Source of the DNA: Rebecca billardiae RCC1528
Lineage: Eukaryota > Protista > Haptophyta
Direction of reading: 5' to 3'
DNA: 64,000 bases
Assembly (NCBI GenBank): GCA_965240325.2
Contig: OZ251229.1
Location: forward strand, 806,001 to 870,000
Position numbers and translations under genes: made by a program. The notes below the pieces were generated by a model that saw only the letters and a list, made by a program, of their open reading frames with translations, ran no database searches and was not told where the DNA came from. This document shows positions 8,841 through 18,325 of this stretch, in pieces (the stretch's first letter is position 1; the number at the start of each line of letters is the position of its first letter).

Positions 8841-11840
8841 ATGCTAACCATCGTGGAGAGAGCTCGTGCATGCGCACAGTCGCGCAGCCAGGCGGTCATC
8901 AGCCCAGACATGCTCGCCGACCTGGTGCACGCCCTCGAGACCACGCCGCGCGACGATGGGGCCATTGCGATAGCACTTGCGCCGTTTGCCGTGTGGCATG
9001 ACATCGTCGTCGAGGACGCTGACGCAATCGCGCAAGGCGGCTCCGTCGCAGCCCTCGGGCAGATGCTGAATGCATCACGCGAAGCGAGCGTGCGGGCAGC
9101 CGCGGCGACAGCTCTCGGAGCAGTCGGATCGCATCTGGCCGAGAGCGTGTCACAAGCTGGCGTCCTTGCACCTTTGGTCAAGCTGCTGCACCAGCCAGAT
9201 GCGGAAGGCATGCACGCTGCTGCAATCTACACGGTGCGCATCCTCACCCGGACAGAAGCACTCAGCATCGATCTGATCAAGAAGGCTGGCGCCATAACGC
9301 CGCTCGTCGAGCTGCTGCAGGCGAGCGGCGATTCGACGCTGCGCGAGGACGCGGCAGGTGCTCTCACAAACCTCGCTGCCTCTGTCAGGCTGCATGAGCG
9401 GATCGCCAAGGCTGGAGCCATACCGCCGCTCGTCGAGCTGCTGCAGTCGAGCGACGATTCGACGGCGCATGAGCATGCGCTGGGAGCTCTGGCAAACCTC
9501 ACTGCCTCTGTCACGCTGGGTGCGCAGATCGCCAATGCTGGAGCCATACCGCCGCTCATCACGCTGCTGCAGTCGAGCGGCGATTCGACGGTGCACGAGG
9601 ATGCGGCAGGAGCTCTCGCAAATCTCTCTATGTCTGACACGCTGCATGCGCAGATCGCCAAGGCTGGGGCCATGCCGCCGCTCGTCGCGCTGCTGCAGTC
9701 GAGCGGCAATTCGACAACGCATGAGTATGCGCTGAGAGCTCTGGCAAACCTCGCTGCCTCTGACACGCTGCATGCGCAGTTCGCCAAGGCTGGAGCCATA
9801 CCGCCGCTCGTCGAGCTGCTGCAGTCGAGCGACGCTTATTCGACGATGCAGCACGCGGCAGGAGCTCTCGCAAATCTCTCTCTGTCTGACATGCTTCATG
9901 CGCAGATCGCCGATGCTGGGGCCATGCCGCCGCTCGTCGCGCTGCTGCAGTCGAGCGGCAATTCGACGGCGCATGAGCATGCGCTGAGAGCTCTGGCAAA
10001 CCTCGCTGCCTCTGACGCGCTGCATGCGCAGATCGCCGAAGCTGAAGCCATACCGCCGCTCGTCGAGCTGCTGCAGTCGAGCAACGATTCGACGCTGCAT
10101 AAGCACGCGGCAGGAGCTCTCGCAAATCTCTCTCTGTCTGACATGCTTCATGCGCAGATCGCCGATGCTGGGGCCATGCCGCCGCTCGTCGAGCTGCTGC
10201 AGTCGAGCGGCGATTCGACGCTGCATAAGCACGCGGCAGGAGCTCTCGCAAATCTCTCTATGTCTGACATGCTGCATGCGCAGTTCGCCGAGGCTGGGGC
10301 CATGCCGCCGCTCGTCGCGCTGCTGCAGTCGAACGGCAGTTCGACGGCGCATGAGCATGCGCTGAGAGCTCTGGCAAACCTCGCTGCCTCTGACGCGCTG
10401 CATGCGCAGATCGCCGAGGCTGAAGCCATACCGCCGCTCGTCGAGCTGCTGCAGTCGAGCGACGATTCGACGCTGCATAAGCACGCGGCAGGAGCTCTCG
10501 CAAATCTCTCTATGTCTGGCATGCTGCATGCGCAGATCGCCGAGGCTGAAGCCATACCGCCGCTCGTCGAGCTGCTGCGGTCGAGCGACGATTCGACGCT
10601 GCATAAGCACGCTGCAGGAGCTCTCGCAAATCTCTCTATGTCTGACATGCTGCATGCGCAGATCGCCGAGGCTGAAGCCATACCGCCGCTCGTCGAGCTG
10701 CTGCGGTGCAGCACGGATCCGGCAGCTCTGGGGTGCGCAGCACAGCTTCTTTGCAACCTGGCTCGCTCTTGCGCTCTGTGCGCGCCGATCGTGAAGGCTG
10801 GCGCCATCCCTCTACTTGCGTCGCTGGCACTCTGGACCGACGCCGGTGCACGACCACGAAACATGGCTTGCGCAGCGATTTCTGCCATCACCAGATCTGC
10901 GCCTGGCCGCCTAGCACTGGCAAGCAGCGTGCAGGCCGTGGGCGCCCTGCTGCGGCTCGCGCGAGACGATGCAGCAGGCGCTCAAGGCCATAACGTTGGG
11001 ATTCAGGCTGTGCGCGCACTGATGGTAGGCAGCGTGGTAAGCAGCGAGTGTCGTGAGCAGGCGCTGCGCTCAGCTGTCGCGGAGTGCGCGCGGCTGGTGC
11101 AGGAGAACGAGGAGCTGCGCGCCTCGCACGAGCAGCTGCTGTCGCAATCGGCCCTGGTGAGCGAGCCGCCGGCCGCTCGACACGATGTCGTGATCCGCTG
11201 CGCGGACGGCACGCAGCTGGGTGGCAGCCGCGCGCTGCTGATGCACGGCTCCAGCTACTATGCTCGCCAGCTGGGCGGCACTCTGGCGGATGGCAGCCTT
11301 TGCGAGCTGCCGGCGGACGAGGACTTCAGCTCGGCGGTACACGAAGCTCTGCTGCGCCAGCTCCACGCCGGCGGACGTGCAGAGCTGCCCGCGGAGTCAT
11401 CTGTGGTGCTTGAACTTCTGAAGCTCGCGTGCAAGCAGCAGGAAGCGGATACAAACGCGTCGTCGGGCGCCGACGACAAATCGGCACAGGCCTCCAGCGC
11501 GCCCGCCGAGGCGGGCCGCGCGTACGCTGCTGGGCGCGACCTGCTGGGCCACGTGGTGCGTCGGTGCGAGGACGCGGTGTTGGGCATGCTGAACAAGGAA
11601 AACTGCCTCGATATCCTGCAGCATGCGCGCGCGCCGGGCGCAGTCCCGCGGGCGCGGATCAGCGAGGCGGCGCGTGCCCTGGTGCGGGACAACCTCAAGG
11701 ATATCGTGGATCAGGATCGCTGGGGCACATTCGTGCGCGATGCCCCTACCGAGGCTGTCGAGCTGATCACGGCGGTGGCACTGGAGCTCGTTGACTCAGA
11801 GGAGGAGCGCGACTGTGTCAAGCGGCAGCGCAAAACTTGA
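8841..11840 (+). CDS. Armadillo-repeat / BTB-POZ protein, intronless, 999 aa
   Basis: 42-aa ARM repeats (AGAIPPLVELLQS...AAGALANL). C-terminal BTB-like start DVVIRCADGTQLGGSRALLMHGSSYYARQL, BACK-like LNKENCLDILQHA, basic tail KRQRKT. Confidence 0.88.
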   Translation: MLTIVERARACAQSRSQAVISPDMLADLVHALETTPRDDGAIAIALAPFAVWHDIVVEDADAIAQGGSVAALGQMLNASREASVRAAAATALGAVGSHLAESVSQAGVLAPLVKLLHQPDAEGMHAAAIYTVRILTRTEALSIDLIKKAGAITPLVELLQASGDSTLREDAAGALTNLAASVRLHERIAKAGAIPPLVELLQSSDDSTAHEHALGALANLTASVTLGAQIANAGAIPPLITLLQSSGDSTVHEDAAGALANLSMSDTLHAQIAKAGAMPPLVALLQSSGNSTTHEYALRALANLAASDTLHAQFAKAGAIPPLVELLQSSDAYSTMQHAAGALANLSLSDMLHAQIADAGAMPPLVALLQSSGNSTAHEHALRALANLAASDALHAQIAEAEAIPPLVELLQSSNDSTLHKHAAGALANLSLSDMLHAQIADAGAMPPLVELLQSSGDSTLHKHAAGALANLSMSDMLHAQFAEAGAMPPLVALLQSNGSSTAHEHALRALANLAASDALHAQIAEAEAIPPLVELLQSSDDSTLHKHAAGALANLSMSGMLHAQIAEAEAIPPLVELLRSSDDSTLHKHAAGALANLSMSDMLHAQIAEAEAIPPLVELLRCSTDPAALGCAAQLLCNLARSCALCAPIVKAGAIPLLASLALWTDAGARPRNMACAAISAITRSAPGRLALASSVQAVGALLRLARDDAAGAQGHNVGIQAVRALMVGSVVSSECREQALRSAVAECARLVQENEELRASHEQLLSQSALVSEPPAARHDVVIRCADGTQLGGSRALLMHGSSYYARQLGGTLADGSLCELPADEDFSSAVHEALLRQLHAGGRAELPAESSVVLELLKLACKQQEADTNASSGADDKSAQASSAPAEAGRAYAAGRDLLGHVVRRCEDAVLGMLNKENCLDILQHARAPGAVPRARISEAARALVRDNLKDIVDQDRWGTFVRDAPTEAVELITAVALELVDSEEERDCVKRQRKT
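9285..10705 (+). repeat. Intragenic tandem array of ~11 near-identical 126-bp ARM-coding units
   Basis: CGCTCGTCG(A/C)GCTGCTGC or a near variant recurs with a 126-bp period; synonymous sites are shared between units. Confidence 0.95.
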
Positions 11841-11944
11841 TACTTAAGACTTGCTGGCCATTGTCAATGTACGTATCGTAGCAGCTGCTGATGTGCATGT
11901 CATGAGTGATGATGTGTGTCATCTGCTATAGTTCTTGTACAGTA

Positions 11945-11948
11945 TACA

Positions 11949-11981
<33 letters not shown>

Positions 11982-11984
11982 TAT
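11945..11984. repeat. (TA)n microsatellite
   Basis: Interrupted TA dinucleotide run. Confidence 0.9.
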
Positions 11985-12729
11985 GTAGTGTGTGTCCTTG
12001 ACCTTGCGTACGCAAACAAGTTCTGCCTGGATGCGCGAGCACTTGGCACGAGGGCAGCTGCTGCGAAACCGAGCACGCAGCTGACAGCTGGCCAGAGGGC
12101 TTGGGAGAGGAAATCTGGCAGCTGGCTTGCCCGAGCAGCGTGCGCGTGTCACCGAGATCGAATCTGCGGTAACTTGGATGAGCCTCCTTGATGAGCAGAC
12201 ACTGCTGGCATACTGCAGCTTTGTCACCGTCCAATAAGCATAGCCAAGATGAATATGACCGCTGCCGGCCATTTGTACTCCAGGTACCCCCATCAATGTA
12301 TGATCGATCGGCTGTAGATGAGAAAGCCAATCGATGAGCTGGAATATTGCTGGGCGACCGAGTTCGTCGTCATTGATGCATCATAGAGGCGTGTATCATG
12401 ATGCTTATTATGGCGGGAATGGTGAGCGCGCTTGTGGCCTGGTTGCTCCGCCAGAACGATGAATCGTTTGTATCTGCCATGCTGTAGTCGAGCAGGTGTA
12501 GACTGTAGCGCGCTTCACCAGCGGTCGGGGCCGGCTCAGCTGGAGGCGCGGGGTGCCGAGGCAAGGGGCTGCAGCAAGCGGGCGACGGTGCGTCGAGGTC
12601 GATAATAGCCAATTGGATCGTGGCCCTGTACTGTAGCTTAGTATGACGCAGCGGGCAAAGTCGATCGGCGGGTAGTATGGCCACGTACTTCTTGCCAGCG
12701 GACACAATCGATTCTTGTGCCAATAATAA

Positions 12730-12739
12730 CACCCCCCCC

Positions 12740-12770
<31 letters not shown>

Positions 12771-12772
12771 AT
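12730..12772. repeat. Poly-C run followed by (CA)n
   Basis: About 25 C followed by ACACAC... Confidence 0.9.
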
Positions 12773-12946
12773 ATACTATATTGCTATGATAGTAGTAGTA
12801 TCCATATCCATACTGTAGCAGGTACTGTAGCAGGTACTGTAGCAGTACGTACCGGACTGTTAGTTAGCGTGTAGTGCCCTTGGCCGCCCGCTGACATGGC
12901 GCCATGCAAAACCATCACGACGATCCAGATGGGAATCAGCGTCATA

Positions 12947-13069
12947 CAGTTTACTAGATAAGAATAAGAGACGCACACAGCTCCGCAGGCAGGCGAGATT
13001 GACCCCCATACAGTTTTCAGTACTGTCGCCTGCCTGAGCTGTGTGCGTCTCTTATTCTTGAGTAAACTG
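12947..13069. mobile_element. Tc1/mariner-type MITE (123 bp, ~45-bp TIRs, TA flanks)
   Basis: TA|CAGTTTACTA..AGAATAAGAGACGCACACAGCTC..CAGGCAGGCGA ... TCGCCTGCCTGAGCTGTGTGCGTCTCTTATTCTTGAGTAAACTG|TA. CAGT termini with TA flanks are Tc1/mariner hallmarks. A third partial TIR follows at 13070-13097. Confidence 0.78.
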
Positions 13070-13112
13070 TACTAAGAATAAGAGACGCACACACCTCCAT
13101 GCAGTACTGATC

Positions 13113-13238
13113 CTCAGCGGCCAGGGCGACGACATCCCCAACGGCAAGGGCGACGACTTCCTCTGCGGCCAGGGCGACGACTTCCTCAACGGCAAGGACG
13201 ACGACTTCCTCAACGGCAAGGGCGACTACTCCCTCAAC
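13113..13238 (+). pseudogene. Degenerate coding fragment with five 24-bp repeats encoding xG(K/Q)GDDFL (RTX-like)
   Basis: Translation LSGQGDDIPNGKGDDFLCGQGDDFLNGKDDDFLNGKGDYSLN; no start codon or intact ORF. Confidence 0.55.
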
Positions 13239-13331
13239 TCGGCAAGGCCACTAGGCCGCGCACACCGGCCCGGGCGACCACATCCACTACCTGCACTACG
13301 GCATCAACTTGAACAGCCTCGGACGACGACG

Positions 13332-13558
13332 CGGGCAACTACGTGATGACCAAGGCCGACGACGACTGCAAAAACAGCGGCATCCCTGGGCGCCTACTAC
13401 CTCAGTGACCGTGTGATCAGCATCGGTTACGACGACTCCCTCACCCGCGGCCAACGCGCTCCGACATCCTCCATTAACTCCATTCAGCAGTACTTCGACA
13501 GACGAATCAGGATGAGAGCTGCGCCCTCGTGCCTGTGTCTTTAAATCATAGAATTAGT
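13332..13558 (+). repeat. Dispersed repeat copy (paralogue of 140-509)
   Basis: Collinear homology to the reverse complement of 140-509; both copies end at TTAAATCATAGAATTAGT. Confidence 0.85.
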
Positions 13559-13560
13559 AC

Positions 13561-14091
13561 GGGGGGGCCATAGTATCAGTGTCGAGTCTGAAACGCACGA
13601 AGCTCCAGACGCCCTGAAGGTGCGCTCTCGGGGCGCGCGCGCGTTGGCGGGCGCGGCGTGGTCGGACACGGGCGCGGGGAGGGGAACGCGGACCGGCGTG
13701 ACATCCGCGGAGCCACCGGCAAGCGCGCCGGACAGCGCGCGTGTGCATCCGACCAAATGCCCGATCTCCAGCTGGCGCACAAAATCGCACGCGCATCTGC
13801 GACCTCGGGGCGCGCGGCGTTGGCGGGCGCGGCGTGGTCGGACACGGGCGCGGGGAGGGGAACGCGGACCGGCGTGACATCCGCGGAGCCACCGGCAAGC
13901 GCGCCGGACAGCGCGCGGGTGCATCCGACCAAATGCCCGACCTCCAGCTGGCGCACAATGCCGTGGTACGGCTCACGTCGTTGGCGGATGCCCTGACATG
14001 CTGAGAGCTAGGGCGAGAAGGGGGCGAATCTTTTTTTTTCGCCCAACCTGGGCGCCGTTTCAAACTTGACAGTTTTTTAGTGTGGCCCCCC
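13561..14091. mobile_element. Putative MITE with imperfect TIRs and an internal ~178-bp-period tandem duplication
   Basis: Left end GGGGGGCCA..TGTCGAGTCTGAAACG versus right-end reverse complement GGGGGGCCA..TGTCAAGTTTGAAACG. 13627-13782 is repeated at 13805-13958. No TSD identified. Confidence 0.6.
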
Positions 14092-14980
14092 TTTTTTTTT
14101 CCCCTTCATAACGGGCTCCGGGTGATCAGACTGGCGGCCGAAGCCTCCAGCCCTACCCTGGCCAGCCCCCAACCAACCACCACCCTCACCCAACCTCAAA
14201 CCACTTGGCCGAGACACCCAGTGCCTTGACACCACTCCACTGTGGACAGCCCGCCTCCAGAGGGGGCAGGGGTATGCCATTGCCAGCAGCATACAAGCCC
14301 AACACTGCAGTGGGGTGGTCCCAGGTACAAGCAGTGCCCTGCCTTGCACTTGCAGTGCGAGATCATCGAGTGTGAGCCTAGTCGGCGGACGGGGCACCCC
14401 CTTATGGCGCCCCAATGTGGGCAGAGGGCCAGCCACTAGCCGATCCCCGCGCGGGGGAGGGCGGGACTGAGAGGACTGTCAGCGAGCCCAGTAGCTGGGC
14501 CTGGGTCTGCCGGGCCACGGCCAGTGAGGCGCCTGTATTTCACTCGTGCTGCTATGGAGGCAAGGGGGGTCATGTCAGACATGTGTGCGACATCGGGCAT
14601 CAAGTCAGGGCGTGGGCCGCTGTAGGACGCAAGCAGAGTGGTGGCGATGGCTAATACGCCTGGGGAGGTGTCGTTTGCGCGCCTCTTCCTGCTGCTTTTT
14701 GCAGGGGGCAGCGTGCTCCGCAGTGAGTGAGTCACTGAGTGAGTCCGCTGCGCAGGCTGAGGCTGAGCCTGCCTGCTAGTCGGTGCTAGGATAGGCACAT
14801 TTGCCTGGCTGGGTGGGCAGTGTCGTTTGGGAGGGGGGCTGTCTTGCTGAGCTTGACTAGGAGGAGGCAGCCTGCGCCTGGGGGCTGCCAGTGGCCTGGC
14901 AGAGCCAGCAGGTGGTATCCATACTTAAAGGCTGTACCGGTTCCGTACGTACTACTATAAATTTGAGCACGACAACGAGA

Positions 14981-17900
14981 ATGCGATGGCGGCGGCCGCG
15001 CGCGCTCGTCGGCGCTCTTGTGGTGCTCGTCGTGGTGGTGCTCGCGCTGCAGGGCGCACGCGAGCCGGGCGTGACGACGGCCGCGCGGCTGGCCGCGGCT
15101 ACCGATGCCATGTACGCTGGCGCTCGCGCGCGGGCCTCGGCTGACGCGGCTCGAGCCAACGCGAGCGCCCCGGAGCCGGACACGTTTGACGACGACCCGC
15201 GCTGCGCGCTCGCGTGCGCCGTGACGCACATGACGCTCGACCGCGGGCCGCAGCTCGGCGTGCTCCTGCGCACGTGGCGCGACACCGTCTCGGCCGCGAT
15301 CCTCGTGCGCGACTTTGAGGCGAGCGTCGCGCGGGGCAAGCGCGGCCTGCTCGCGAGCGCGTCGATCCCAGAGCCTCACATGCGCAGGCTGGTGCTCACG
15401 CTCGTCGAGGACATGCGGTACGCGCAGAACGAGCGGTACCCGTCCAACACGCTGCGCAACCTCGCGCTCGCGCGGTGCGACGCGCGCTACGTCCTCATCT
15501 GCGACGTCGACTTTGCCGTCTTCCCGCGCGATGCGCCCGCGCTGCTCGGCGCGCGCGCGCGCGCGCTGGGCGAGCGCACGCCGATCGCACTCGTGCTGCC
15601 GGCGTACGAGCTGCTGCGCGACGCGGAGCACGGTGGCGGACCGAGCACGCGCGAGCGCCTGCGCCGGCTCCACTCCAAGGCCGACCTGCTCGCGCTCCTG
15701 GGCCGGCCGCACGGCGCGAGCGCCTTTGGAGCGAACAGGCACGCGCTCGGCCACGCGGCAACTCGGCACGCGCAGTGGCAGGCGCGAGCGCCGGCGAGCA
15801 CGCTCGCGGCGGGCGGCGCGGCGGGTGCTGGCGCGGCCGCGCCGCCGTACTGCGCGCGCAGCGTGCCCGGCTGGGAGCCCTTCGTCTTCACCCGCCGCTC
15901 GCACGCCCACGCGTTCGACGAGCGCTTTGGCGGGCGCGCGGGCGGCAGGGGCCCGTGGCTGTACGAGGGTGCTGCGCGCGGCTTTGGGTTCTGGGTCTCG
16001 GCCGAGGGGTTCGTCGTGCAGCATCACGGCGAGACGCGGCGCACGGCGAGCGGGCGGCGGGGCGAGGCCGACGCGGGCCACGCCGCAGACGCCCGCGCGC
16101 CGCGCCGCCCCCTCCGGCTGCTGGGCGAGGAGTGCTGGCGCTCGTTTGTCCAGCAGATCGCAATCTCGCGCGGCTACACCCACCCGCTGGCCGTGCGCGA
16201 CGGCGGTGGAGGCGGCGGAGGCGGCGGAGGCGGTGGTCACAGGACCGACGAGAGCGCCGATGCCGATGGCGGCGGTGGGACCGATCGCGAGGGCGTGCCC
16301 GGCACACCCGCCGCGCCTGCAGCGGCGGCGCACGAGGGCGGCGCGGAGGCGTGCGAGACGCAGCTCGAGCAAGAGCGGTCGGCGCCGCGCTTTGTCGTGA
16401 TCGGCGCATCCGTGCCCGCGTGCTCGGAGGCGGAGGCCGACGAGCGTGAGCGCCTCGCGGCACTCGCCATCGGCGGCGCGGCGCAACCGCTGAGCGCGCG
16501 TGCGCGCGCGGCCGTCGACGCCGCCGTCGCAGCGTGCGCGGCGCGCAACGCGCCCGTGGCGGACGCGGCGGAGGTGCGTGGCGTGCGCGCGGCCGCGAGC
16601 GCGGCGGGCGAGGACGTGCGCCGGGCGGTGCGCCACCTGAGCACAACCGTCGCCGGGCGGCGCGCGCCGCGCGGCGCCCTGCCGATCAGTGCGACCGAGG
16701 CCGCGCCGGACGCGGCAGGCGAGGCGGAGGGGCGAGCCTCGGGCGGCGACGGCGTGGCGGCGAGCGGCGGCGCCCGCGGCCGCGCGGAGGGCGCATGCAT
16801 CGTGCTGCCTGAGCACGAGGCCGTGTACATGCAGCTTCGCTCCGCGCACGCGGAGCGCGTGGGCGCGTGGCTCCTGCGCGCGGCGCGCGCGCTCGGCCTC
16901 AGCGCGCACCGCGCGCGCTGCGCGGACGCCCTCGCCACCCAGCCGCTCTTCGCCTCGTTCGCGCTGCTCGCCGAGCCGCTGCCGCGCGCGCTGCACGCGT
17001 ACGCGCGCGCGGCCGAGGCCCGACGGCAGCCCTACCTGCCGCCGCTCCGCTGGTTCGTCGAGCGCACCGTGCCCTACCTCAGCGCCGCCGACGTCGAGCT
17101 GGACTGGGCGCTCAGAGGCGAGGCGCCGAGCGCGGCCGCGCCGGGCGCGGCCGCGCTGCGCGCCGAGACGGCCTTGGACGCTCGGGAATGGTTCCCGCAG
17201 GCGGCGGCGCTGCTCGCGCGCACGCGCGGCGCGGCCGAGGCGCGCGCCGCGCACGGCGTGCGCCTCGGCGAGCCGCCAGCCCGCCTCGCCCGCGTCCCCC
17301 GCCACGCGGCCGCGGACGAGGGCGCGCGCGCCGGCACCGCGCCCGTCCGCGCCGCCAACCTCAGCTGGCCGCTGGTGGTCGACTTTGTGTGCGCCCACGA
17401 CGAGGCGGAGGTGCTGACGGTGCTGGCGCATCTCGACCGGCGCGCAGCGCTCACGCCGCACGCGGCGAGCGCGGCGGCGGCGGCGGAGAGCCCCGCCGCC
17501 GGCGGCGTCTACGCCGGCGTGCTCGAGGCGGCGCCGCCGTCCCTCGCCCGTCACGCGCAGCGCGAGCCCCTCGGCTTCGCCGAGCTCGAGCGCGAGCTGT
17601 GGGCGCAGGTCGCACGGTACGCGCCCGCCGCTTTCGGCGCGGCGGAGCCGGGCGCGGACGGCAGCGGCGCCGTGCCGCCCACGCCTGAGGGCGTGCTCGC
17701 TCGCGTCACGGCGGACGTGAAGCAGCTGATCTGCTGCAAGCACGGCCTGGACGCGGCCATGCTCGCCGAGCTGCGCGGCGCGGCCGCGGCGACGGGTGCG
17801 CAGCCGCCGCCGTGGGCATGTCCGGCCTCGCCCCCGTGCCCGCAGCGCGTGCGCCGGCGGCAGGTGGCCACCGGGTGCGCGACCTCGATCGCCGAGACGG

Positions 17901-18325
17901 CCAACCGCGCGCTCGCCGCCCTGGACTGGTGCCGCATGCCCCCGGGCCTGCGCATGGGCCACTACCTCCGCGTCGCGCAGGCGGGCGACTGCAGCCGCTA
18001 CTTCTTGCACAAGACACGCTGGGCGGACGCGCCCGCCGAGCGGCTCGCGTGCGACGAGGCGACGCGCGTCGGGCCGGGGCGGGCGCAGCTGGGCGAGTTT
18101 GTGCACACGCACTTCCACAGGTGCAGCGAGCAGCTGTGGGCGAAGGCGCCGCCGTTCGTGAGCGCGGAGGCGCGCGCGGCCGCCGACACGGCTGCGCGCG
18201 CGCGCGGCGCCAGCGGCAGCGCGGTCCGCGCAGACGAGGTGGAGACGCTGCACTACCTGTGCGTGCGCAACTTCACGCACTCCGCCACTTTTGCAGAGGC
18301 GATGGCGCAGGCACACGCGCGCTAG
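14981..18325 (+). CDS. Type II membrane glycosyltransferase, family GT49 (LARGE/B4GAT1-like), with a long C-terminal extension of unknown function
   Basis: N-terminal anchor ALVGALVVLVVVVLAL; motifs THMTLDR, YPSNTLRNLAL..YVLICDVDF (DxD), ALVLPAYE, WEPFV. Confidence 0.85.
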   Translation: MRWRRPRALVGALVVLVVVVLALQGAREPGVTTAARLAAATDAMYAGARARASADAARANASAPEPDTFDDDPRCALACAVTHMTLDRGPQLGVLLRTWRDTVSAAILVRDFEASVARGKRGLLASASIPEPHMRRLVLTLVEDMRYAQNERYPSNTLRNLALARCDARYVLICDVDFAVFPRDAPALLGARARALGERTPIALVLPAYELLRDAEHGGGPSTRERLRRLHSKADLLALLGRPHGASAFGANRHALGHAATRHAQWQARAPASTLAAGGAAGAGAAAPPYCARSVPGWEPFVFTRRSHAHAFDERFGGRAGGRGPWLYEGAARGFGFWVSAEGFVVQHHGETRRTASGRRGEADAGHAADARAPRRPLRLLGEECWRSFVQQIAISRGYTHPLAVRDGGGGGGGGGGGGHRTDESADADGGGGTDREGVPGTPAAPAAAAHEGGAEACETQLEQERSAPRFVVIGASVPACSEAEADERERLAALAIGGAAQPLSARARAAVDAAVAACAARNAPVADAAEVRGVRAAASAAGEDVRRAVRHLSTTVAGRRAPRGALPISATEAAPDAAGEAEGRASGGDGVAASGGARGRAEGACIVLPEHEAVYMQLRSAHAERVGAWLLRAARALGLSAHRARCADALATQPLFASFALLAEPLPRALHAYARAAEARRQPYLPPLRWFVERTVPYLSAADVELDWALRGEAPSAAAPGAAALRAETALDAREWFPQAAALLARTRGAAEARAAHGVRLGEPPARLARVPRHAAADEGARAGTAPVRAANLSWPLVVDFVCAHDEAEVLTVLAHLDRRAALTPHAASAAAAAESPAAGGVYAGVLEAAPPSLARHAQREPLGFAELERELWAQVARYAPAAFGAAEPGADGSGAVPPTPEGVLARVTADVKQLICCKHGLDAAMLAELRGAAAATGAQPPPWACPASPPCPQRVRRRQVATGCATSIAETANRALAALDWCRMPPGLRMGHYLRVAQAGDCSRYFLHKTRWADAPAERLACDEATRVGPGRAQLGEFVHTHFHRCSEQLWAKAPPFVSAEARAAADTAARARGASGSAVRADEVETLHYLCVRNFTHSATFAEAMAQAHAR

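Noticed and set aside
9150-10655. 501-aa repetitive antisense ORF
   Set aside because: Shadow of the ARM repeat array on the opposite strand.
13113-13238. Short regular repeats as a possible CRISPR array (also 46422-46530)
   Set aside because: Units are contiguous or have no unique 25-45-bp spacers, no cas genes are present, and the context is eukaryotic.
14786-18316. 1176-aa antisense ORF (likewise 48586-52845, 1419 aa)
   Set aside because: Stop-free antisense frames are expected opposite genes with very high GC3; Arg/Ala-rich with no domain.
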